From contig NC_011979.1 of assembly GCF_000022265.1 (NCBI RefSeq), positions 1,560,001 through 1,592,000 on the forward strand: 32,000 nucleotides of DNA, read 5' to 3'. Source of the DNA: Geotalea daltonii FRC-32. GTDB taxonomy: Bacteria > Desulfobacterota > Desulfuromonadia > Geobacterales > Geobacteraceae. Below the pieces are notes generated by a model. The model searched no databases and was not told where the DNA came from. It saw only the letters and a program-made list of their open reading frames with translations. Below are positions 18,059 through 24,969 of the stretch, one piece after another. The first letter of the stretch is position 1. Each line of letters begins with the position of its first letter. A program made the position numbers and the translations under genes.

Positions 18059-18116
18059 GCCCTGTCGGTTACGGTTTCCCCACCGAAGACGATCACAAAT
18101 AACTCAGGAGACAGCC

Positions 18117-19484
18117 TTGACAACAAACAATCGCGGATTTGCACAAACGTTGTGGGATTTTTTCTGTTCACTGAAGCTTTCCATCTTCCTTCTTATCGGC
18201 CTTGCCTTAACGTCCATTATCGGCACGGTCATCCCCCAGGTGCCGGTCCCCCAGGAATACCTTCAGACCATCACTCCCTTTAAGATGCAGCTCTATGAGA
18301 AGCTTGGATTCTTCGACATGTACCACTCCTGGTGGTTCATTCTGCTTCTCTATCTTTTGACGGTCAACCTCATTGCCTGCTCCATCAAAAGGCTGCCGCG
18401 GGTATGGAAGATTGTTTCCGAACCGACGCTGGTCATGGATGAGGGATTTGAAAGGTCGCTTTCCCATACACACGAAATCAAAGTTCCAGGCAGCGCTCCA
18501 GCCTTGAAGGACAAAATGGCTGCATTTCTCAAAGCCGAATTCGCCGAGCCGACTGTGACCGAGGCTGGCGGCGAATATCACTTATTCGCCCAAAAAAGCC
18601 CCTATTGCCGTCTTGGCGTATACGTAGTCCATCTGAGCATTATTATTATTTTCATTGGCGCGCTTATCGGCTCCTTTTTCGGGTACAAGGCCTATGTCAA
18701 CATCGCCGAAGGTACCGGCGTAGATTCTGTTGAGAGCCGGTCAGGCAAGAACATCCCTCTGGGATTCTCCGTCAGATGTGAAAAATTTGCCGTATCATTT
18801 TACGATACCGGTGCACCAAAGGAATTCAAAAGTATCCTCACGGTTCTGGAAAACGACAAGCCTGTTCCAGGCTATGAAAATGTTAAAGTTATCGTCAACG
18901 ACCCGCTTACCTACAAAGGCATCACATTCTATCAGTCTTCCTACGGGGCTGCCGGCGATACACTTTATCGTTTCTCTGTCAGAAGCCGAAATGGCGGACA
19001 GCCTGTCCCCCTGATCGCCCACGAGGAAGACCGGGTACCGCTGCCTGATGGTGGTTTCATGCAGATCATCGGTGTTGCGCCTGAGGTCGGCAGTGACTTC
19101 CCCGGTTGTTCAGGGCCCGGGGCCAAGCTGGAGATTACCCGCCCCAACGGCAAAAAAGAATACGCCATAGTGCTGCTTAATCCCGCTTGCCGCGATTTCG
19201 ATGAAAAACGTGGCAGTGACCTCATCTTCACTTTTGACGGCAAAGATGAAAAGTTCTATACCGGACTACAGGTTGCCAAGGATCCAGGGGTATGGGTGGT
19301 CTGGCTTGGTTGCTCCCTGATGGTGGTAGGCATTTGCATGGCGTTCTTCATGTCACATAAACGCATCTGGATCAGAGTCGCCAATGGTCGTGTTACGTTA
19401 GGGGGGACTGCCAGCAAGAATCCTGCAGGATTTGAGCTTTTATTCCAGGAACTGGCTGCCAAGCTCGACAGTAGTATTAAATAA
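18117..19484 (+). CDS. resB: Cytochrome c biogenesis protein ResB/CcsB (System II)
   Basis: Typical ResB N-terminus (LWDFFCSLKLSIFLLIGLALTSIIGTVIPQ), a large periplasmic domain, and a C-terminal TM segment. The TTG start has an AGGAG RBS. Confidence 0.9.
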   Translation: MTTNNRGFAQTLWDFFCSLKLSIFLLIGLALTSIIGTVIPQVPVPQEYLQTITPFKMQLYEKLGFFDMYHSWWFILLLYLLTVNLIACSIKRLPRVWKIVSEPTLVMDEGFERSLSHTHEIKVPGSAPALKDKMAAFLKAEFAEPTVTEAGGEYHLFAQKSPYCRLGVYVVHLSIIIIFIGALIGSFFGYKAYVNIAEGTGVDSVESRSGKNIPLGFSVRCEKFAVSFYDTGAPKEFKSILTVLENDKPVPGYENVKVIVNDPLTYKGITFYQSSYGAAGDTLYRFSVRSRNGGQPVPLIAHEEDRVPLPDGGFMQIIGVAPEVGSDFPGCSGPGAKLEITRPNGKKEYAIVLLNPACRDFDEKRGSDLIFTFDGKDEKFYTGLQVAKDPGVWVVWLGCSLMVVGICMAFFMSHKRIWIRVANGRVTLGGTASKNPAGFELLFQELAAKLDSSIK

Positions 19485-19539
19485 GTCAATACATTACTCT
19501 CTAAAAACCCAACTGTAGCCACAGCGGAGGAAAGATCGA

Positions 19540-20388
19540 ATGTCCAGTTCCATGCTCTTTAACGTTACGACAATTTCTTACATGCTCTCAACGTTGCTAT
19601 TTCTGGCATTTCTTGCCACTAAAAACAAAAGCATAGGGCTTTCCGGTACCATTGCTGCAGGTTTCGGCTTTATAGTCCAGACGACCGCCATCGGCCTTCG
19701 CTGGAAGGAATCCTACGATCTGGGACGCGGACATGCTCCATTGTCCAATCTCTTTGAATCGGTAGTGTTCTTCGCTTGGACCATCGTCCTTATTTTTCTG
19801 ATCATCGACTTCAAGTACAAATACAGGGCTGTCGGTTTTTTCGTGGTACCCTTTGCCCTGTTAGGCATGGCTTGGGCCCAGCTTGGCCTTGACAGCGGCA
19901 TCGAGCCATTGGTGCCTGCTCTGCAGAGTAACTGGCTTTTGTATCATGTAGTCACCTGTTTTCTGGGTTATGCTGCATTTGCAGTAGCCTGTGGCCTCTC
20001 CATCATGTATCTCATTCGTGAAAAACAGGAGGATTCGTCGGCTTCTTCACCGGCAGGCGGGGTAATCGGAATGTTTCCCTCCGTCAAAGTTCTGGACGAC
20101 CTGAATTACAAGGCGATCATGATCGGTTTTCCCCTCTTGACCCTCGGCATCGTCACCGGCGCTGCCTGGGCAAACTATGCCTGGGGCACATACTGGAGCT
20201 GGGACCCTAAGGAAACCTGGTCACTCATAGTCTGGTTCGTATATGCTGCATTCCTCCACGCACGCATAACCAGAGGCTGGGTCGGCAGAAGGGCAGCCAT
20301 CCTTTCCATCGTCGGATTTGCCGCTACCATTTTCTGCTATCTCGGCGTCAACCTTTTCCTGTCCGGCCTGCATAGTTACGGCAAGTAA
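19540..20388 (+). CDS. ccsA: Cytochrome c biogenesis protein CcsA/ResC (System II heme handling)
   Basis: Polytopic membrane protein with the tryptophan-rich WWD-type motif WGTYWSWDPKETWSL and conserved histidines. Confidence 0.9.
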   Translation: MSSSMLFNVTTISYMLSTLLFLAFLATKNKSIGLSGTIAAGFGFIVQTTAIGLRWKESYDLGRGHAPLSNLFESVVFFAWTIVLIFLIIDFKYKYRAVGFFVVPFALLGMAWAQLGLDSGIEPLVPALQSNWLLYHVVTCFLGYAAFAVACGLSIMYLIREKQEDSSASSPAGGVIGMFPSVKVLDDLNYKAIMIGFPLLTLGIVTGAAWANYAWGTYWSWDPKETWSLIVWFVYAAFLHARITRGWVGRRAAILSIVGFAATIFCYLGVNLFLSGLHSYGK

Positions 20389-20440
20389 AAAAAATTCCCG
20401 TCCTGAGCCACCTGACTCGCACATGGATTAAATAGCTAAA

Positions 20441-21451
20441 ATGGTGATGACAACACCTATACGTATAAAATACAGGCCTACGTTCCTGTCTGTCTTGACC
20501 ATATTGTTGTCTTTGCTGGGTGCCGGTACCCTGAGAGCAGAACCCCTCGACTGCCGACGCTGTCACAGTGATTTGGAAAAAGCCAGGGTAACGCATTCAC
20601 CATTTGCTGCCGGTGAATGCTCATCCTGTCATCAGCTTGCTCTGGACAAACGGCATCCTGAACAGAAAGAGGCCATTGTTCTTGTCAGCGATGGTTCAAA
20701 GCTCTGCAGCCAATGTCACGAAGCATTGGACACCGCCAAAAATGTTCATGGTCCGGTGGCATCAGGCGATTGCATTTTCTGTCACACACCGCATTCGTCA
20801 CCAAACGACAAGCTACTCAAGGATACAGGCATTGCCCAGTGTCTGAACTGTCATGAGAATAAATTCCAGCAAAAGTACATGCATGGACCTGTTGTTGAGG
20901 GTAAATGTTTTATTTGCCATGATCCCCATCAATCCGACAATCCTTATATTCTGAAGATGGGCCTTCCTGCACTCTGTTTGAGCTGCCACGATGCCTCGGC
21001 CATGTCCGGCAAATCAATCCACGCCCCGGTCAGGAAAGGTAACTGCCTGGCCTGTCATGATTCCCACGGCTCACCATACCGCAAGCACCTGCGAAAAGAT
21101 TTTCAGGAAAATTTTTATCTGCCCTTCAGCCCTGACAATTTTGCCCTTTGTTTTGACTGCCATGCGTCGGAGATGATCCTTGACCGGCGTACTGACAGCC
21201 TGACCGATTTCCGTGACGGTGACCGCAATCTGCATTATCTGCATGTCAACAAAATAGATAAAGGCCGGTCTTGCAAAGCCTGCCATGATGCACATGCGGC
21301 AGAACAGGCAAAATTAATCAAAAGAAAGGTCCCGGGTTTCGGAAAGTGGGAGATCCCCATTGAATTCCAAAAGACCTCTACCGGAGGCACATGTATCGTT
21401 GGCTGTCACAAGCCCAAATCCTATGACAGAATAAAAACCAATGAATTCTGA
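20441..21451 (+). CDS. Periplasmic multiheme c-type cytochrome (10 CXXCH + 1 CX3CH), paired-CXXCH architecture
   Basis: Signal peptide (…GTLRA/EP). Heme motifs are CRRCH, CSSCH, CSQCH, CIFCH, CLNCH, CFICH, CLSCH, CLACH, CFDCH and CKACH, plus CIVGCH. The recurring pattern H(G/A)P…G.C..CH.PH is typical of doubled-CXXCH domains. Confidence 0.9.
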   Translation: MVMTTPIRIKYRPTFLSVLTILLSLLGAGTLRAEPLDCRRCHSDLEKARVTHSPFAAGECSSCHQLALDKRHPEQKEAIVLVSDGSKLCSQCHEALDTAKNVHGPVASGDCIFCHTPHSSPNDKLLKDTGIAQCLNCHENKFQQKYMHGPVVEGKCFICHDPHQSDNPYILKMGLPALCLSCHDASAMSGKSIHAPVRKGNCLACHDSHGSPYRKHLRKDFQENFYLPFSPDNFALCFDCHASEMILDRRTDSLTDFRDGDRNLHYLHVNKIDKGRSCKACHDAHAAEQAKLIKRKVPGFGKWEIPIEFQKTSTGGTCIVGCHKPKSYDRIKTNEF

Positions 21452-21493
21452 TATCAAGGTTACGGTCTTCACATTGGTAAGAGGAGATTCTTT

Positions 21494-22480
21494 TTGAAAG
21501 GGAAACCAGCTTTTTTTGCGGCGTTATTGGTTCTGTTTGCGGGTTTTTCCTCTGACGCGGCAATAACCTTTATCTATCCCTCTCCGAAAACCCAGGTCAA
21601 ACGTTCTGATTACCTGATCCTTAAAATGAATAACCCGCAGATTTCCGGGATCAAGGTAACTGTTAACGGCCTGGCCAGTGATACGATGCTGATCGGGTCC
21701 GCCGAGTACAAGAAGGCATTTCAGGACCTGGTAATACTCCAGCCGGTATGGGATGGTGGAAAGAACGAGATTATCGTTGAGGGGTACGATGGGGAGAAAA
21801 AGATTGAAGCGACCTCAACGGAAATTTTTTTCAGCGACAAGCCTGCCGCAAATGTTCCGTCCCAATATAAGCGGAATGTCATGCACGTACCTGAACTGGA
21901 AAAATATTGCAGCCCATGCCATGACATGAATCCCACTACAGCACAGCTGGACACCAACATGGACAAAAAAAATCCATGCTATGGTTGTCACAAGAAAATG
22001 GGGAATACTAATTTTGTGCATGGTCCGGCCGGAACCTTTTCTTGTGCTTACTGCCACAACCTCAAGGGAATGCCAAAATATGCCGTGATGCTCCGCGATG
22101 CCGCGTTGTGCAATGAATGTCACGCCGATAAGGCGACTGAATTCAAAAAGAAAAAATTCCTCCATGGTCCCGTTGAAGCCGGAATGTGCGAAATCTGTCA
22201 CGACCCCCACGGCAGCAACTTCACCAGCCAGTTACGGCTACCCATAAACGAACTTTGTTTGTCGTGCCATGAATCTGTCGCCAAGGAAACACATGTGGTG
22301 AGGTTGACAGATGGGGCTGGCCACCCGCTGAAAGACAAGCCGGATCCCTCAAAACCAGGCTCGGGGCGTGATCTTTCCTGTATCTCCTGTCATAATCCCC
22401 ATGGGGGAGAGGCCCGGTTCTTTTTCCAGAACAATGTGGAAGACAGGATGCAGCTCTGCCAGGTCTGCCATAATAAATAA
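21494..22480 (+). CDS. Octaheme c-type cytochrome with a ~110-aa non-heme N-terminal beta-rich domain
   Basis: Signal peptide (…FSSDA/A). Eight CXXCH motifs are present (CSPCH, CYGCH, CAYCH, CNECH, CEICH, CLSCH, CISCH, CQVCH), all in the C-terminal two thirds. TTG start. Confidence 0.9.
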   Translation: MKGKPAFFAALLVLFAGFSSDAAITFIYPSPKTQVKRSDYLILKMNNPQISGIKVTVNGLASDTMLIGSAEYKKAFQDLVILQPVWDGGKNEIIVEGYDGEKKIEATSTEIFFSDKPAANVPSQYKRNVMHVPELEKYCSPCHDMNPTTAQLDTNMDKKNPCYGCHKKMGNTNFVHGPAGTFSCAYCHNLKGMPKYAVMLRDAALCNECHADKATEFKKKKFLHGPVEAGMCEICHDPHGSNFTSQLRLPINELCLSCHESVAKETHVVRLTDGAGHPLKDKPDPSKPGSGRDLSCISCHNPHGGEARFFFQNNVEDRMQLCQVCHNK

Positions 22481-22510
22481 TTCGATCCTGTAAAAGTAAA
22501 AGGAGTTTGT

Positions 22511-23608
22511 ATGAAAAGTGTAAAAGCAGTAGTCGTTGTTTTGCTGTACCTTTCGATTTCAAGCATCATCGCCGGCTGTGCGTCAGCACCCGTCGTGAAA
22601 AACCGTGTCTTTTGGCCACCCCTTCCGGATGATCCCAAAATCGAATGGCTGGGAGCATATCGTACGGAGAATGATCTGCCAAAAACGGGCAGTCAAAAGT
22701 TTTTTAAAAATATCATTGGCGAAGAGGAGCAGATCAGGTTCAACCGGGCCATGGGCATAGCGTCCGACGGCTCCGGCAAGGTCTACATTACCGACCCATC
22801 CGAAATGCAGGTTGTCGTCTATGATTTTAACAAGAACAAGGTCCATGTCTTTGCCGAAAAAGACAAGGAACTGCAATCCATGATGAAAGAACCTATGGGC
22901 ATAGCCGTTGACAACAACGCAAATATCTATGTTTCCGATGCGAGTGCTAAAAAAGTGTTCGTTTTCAATAGGGACGAGAAACTGATCAACACCATCAACC
23001 TGACGCAAGACACAAAGCGCCCTTTTGGCATTGCAATCGATAATGATCGTAAAAGGCTCGTTGTGGCAGACCCTGTTGTTCACAACCTTGAAGTCTATGA
23101 CCTCAATGGCAAACACATGAAAACCATCGGCAAACTCGGCTCAGGACCGGGGGAATTTTATGGGCCCACCTGGGTTACCGTATTGAGAAATGGTAACATT
23201 GCTGTTTCCGAATCCAGGAATTGCCGGCTGCAGCTGCTTGACCCGGAGGGTAAATCGCTTCAGATTATGGGCCAGCGGGGAGACCGTCCAGGCGAACTGC
23301 AGATGCCGAAGGGAATAGCTGCGGACTCTGAAAATCATCTTTATTCCGTTGACGGCAGAGCCAATGCGATCAATGTCTTCTCGGAAACCGGGGAATATCT
23401 GCTGACCGTTGGGGGAGGCTACTCCGCTGAAAGAAAGATCGCTCCCGGCGGTTTTTTGCTCCCCATCGGCATATTCATCGACCAGAAAGATACCATCTAT
23501 GTGGTAGATCAAATGAATCTCCGCTTCCAGATCTTTCAATATATGAATGACAAGTATAAGAAAGAGAACCCTGTTGCAGCGGGTTCCTCCTCTTCTGTTG
23601 CCAAGTGA
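22511..23608 (+). CDS. NHL-repeat beta-propeller lipoprotein
   Basis: Lipobox IIAG-C at residues 19-23. Repeated NHL-type units are present (PMGIAVDNNANIYVSD, PFGIAIDNDRKRLVVAD, PTWVTVLRNGNIAVSE, PKGIAADSENHLYSVD, PIGIFIDQKDTIYVVD). Confidence 0.85.
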   Translation: MKSVKAVVVVLLYLSISSIIAGCASAPVVKNRVFWPPLPDDPKIEWLGAYRTENDLPKTGSQKFFKNIIGEEEQIRFNRAMGIASDGSGKVYITDPSEMQVVVYDFNKNKVHVFAEKDKELQSMMKEPMGIAVDNNANIYVSDASAKKVFVFNRDEKLINTINLTQDTKRPFGIAIDNDRKRLVVADPVVHNLEVYDLNGKHMKTIGKLGSGPGEFYGPTWVTVLRNGNIAVSESRNCRLQLLDPEGKSLQIMGQRGDRPGELQMPKGIAADSENHLYSVDGRANAINVFSETGEYLLTVGGGYSAERKIAPGGFLLPIGIFIDQKDTIYVVDQMNLRFQIFQYMNDKYKKENPVAAGSSSSVAK

Positions 23609-23742
23609 TCTTGTCAACGGCTTTTTATTTTGCGGTTATATGGCTGGGTAAAACGTTATTGAACGATGAGTGCGCCGCGATTGTCAAATCTTGTTGGATT
23701 GAAAATATAGCAATAACAGCTCCTTAGGTTTGGCTGTTCTGC

Positions 23743-23758
23743 TGGCACGCAAGTTGCT
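23743..23758 (+). promoter_or_regulatory. Sigma54 (RpoN) -24/-12 promoter upstream of omcE
   Basis: TGGCAC-GCAAG-TTGCT matches the TGGCAC-N5-TTGCW consensus with correct spacing. It lies about 150 nt upstream of the omcE ATG. Confidence 0.65.
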
Positions 23759-23910
23759 ATATGTTAAATCAAATCTAATATTGCTTTCTAAGCATCAGGC
23801 GCATTCATTCAATAACGAAAGGAAGGTGAAAGAACTAAGTATCACGGCAGTCGGTTTTACCCAGGCATCTAAATCAAGCAACAAAAAAATGAAAGAGGAG
23901 GATTATCAAG

Positions 23911-24600
23911 ATGAAAAAAGTTTTATTGACAGCAGCAGCAGTACTTACCATGGCCGGTAGTGCAATGGCCGCATCAGTCGTCAGCAGCAAGCATGACCTT
24001 TCGACCGGTGGCCCACAGACTGTGTACAACACCAACACCCAGCAGGTATGTGTTTTCTGTCACACCCCTCACAATTCCAAAGAGACACGGGCTCTGTGGA
24101 ACAGAAACAGCGCCACTTCTACAAGCTACAAACTGTATACATCCGGTGTCTGGGCCGAGCAGGCATCCTGGTTTGAGAGCGGCCAAAAAGGAGTGATCAA
24201 ATCTGACAGCCCTTCACTCATGTGCATGAGCTGCCATGACGGCAGCAGCCTCAAGGCCGTTGTAAACAAACCGAAAGATGTAACCGCTCTTTCAGCAAGC
24301 AGCGACACAATCGGATCCAACCCTGCCAACCTTGGTACAGACCTGACCAACGATCATCCTATCAACATCAAGTATGCTGATTACCGGGCCAATACCCAGT
24401 ACAGCGGTTCTGTTGCTACGCTTGCTACCGAGGATACCACAACTGGTACGGTTGGCGCTTCTACCCTCAAGCTGCCGCTTGCCAAGGGCGTTACCGTTGA
24501 GTGCAACACCTGCCACAACGTCCATGACCCCGCAAACGTGCCTTTCCTCCGTGGAACCATGGGTAAAAGTGCCCTTTGCACCGCATGTCATCTGAAGTAG
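23911..24600 (+). CDS. omcE: OmcE-like secreted tetraheme c-type cytochrome (filament/nanowire-forming family)
   Basis: Signal peptide (…GSAMA/AS) and four CXXCH motifs (CVFCH, CMSCH, CNTCH, CTACH) in 229 aa. The SKHDLS…VCVFCHTPH start is typical of Geobacter outer-surface cytochromes. The position after ppcA-resB-ccsA-cyt-cyt-NHL matches the G. sulfurreducens ppcA…omcE order as recalled. A GAGGAGGA RBS is present. Confidence 0.75.
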   Translation: MKKVLLTAAAVLTMAGSAMAASVVSSKHDLSTGGPQTVYNTNTQQVCVFCHTPHNSKETRALWNRNSATSTSYKLYTSGVWAEQASWFESGQKGVIKSDSPSLMCMSCHDGSSLKAVVNKPKDVTALSASSDTIGSNPANLGTDLTNDHPINIKYADYRANTQYSGSVATLATEDTTTGTVGASTLKLPLAKGVTVECNTCHNVHDPANVPFLRGTMGKSALCTACHLK

Positions 24601-24617
24601 TTTGAGATGTTAAGCCA

Positions 24618-24647
24618 AGAGGAGGGGGTAACCCCTCCTCTTTTTTT
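24618..24647 (+). terminator. Strong rho-independent terminator of omcE
   Basis: GAGGAGGGG-GTAA-CCCCTCCTC (9-bp stem, GNRA loop) followed by T7. Confidence 0.85.
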
Positions 24648-24882
24648 GTCCCATGAATTTTCCCCCTCAGTTTGCTCGCTTGCGGCACCTTTCTCAAGTT
24701 ACCTGCCCACTCCCTCAAACTTGCCCGTTTGTTTGGCGAATTGGATAACCATCTCCAGGTAGGCTGGTCTGTTTTTTGACTGCCTGATTTGGGTTAAATG
24801 GCTAGTCGAAGTTGCTTCTCTGTGCATTAATAGACAATAACTCCTTATCATCTGTAAAATAAGCCAGTTACAGTGTTTTTAG

Positions 24883-24912
24883 TTGCGTCAAAAAAAGCCG
24901 GCAAGGTATAGT
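24883..24912 (+). promoter_or_regulatory. Possible sigma70 promoter for the barrel-glycosyltransferase operon
   Basis: TTGCGT-N18-TATAGT about 58 nt upstream of ATG 24970. Motif match only. Confidence 0.3.
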
Positions 24913-24969
24913 AATTGCAGAAAATGCTACAGATAGAGATGGCTACTGTTTATAACTATCAGAGTTGTT

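Noticed and set aside
23730-23960. A 76-aa ORF overlapping the omcE upstream region and start.
   Set aside because: It runs through the sigma54 promoter and the omcE RBS and start in another frame. omcE, with its signal peptide and four CXXCH motifs, explains the region.
23911-24600. N-glycosylation of the OmcE homolog by the STT3-like enzyme.
   Set aside because: The protein contains no N-x-S/T sequon; all Asn contexts were checked by eye. This specific link is therefore unsupported. O-glycosylation remains possible.
24666-24725. Three CTCAR-N-TT…GCC(C) boxes (starts at 24666, 24693 and 24714) that might be response-regulator direct repeats.
   Set aside because: They are too degenerate and irregularly spaced (27 and 21 nt) to call without comparative data.
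24799-24815. A sigma54-like TGGCTAGTCGAAGTTGC upstream of the barrel gene.
   Set aside because: The GG-to-GC spacing is 2 nt too long for a -24/-12 promoter.
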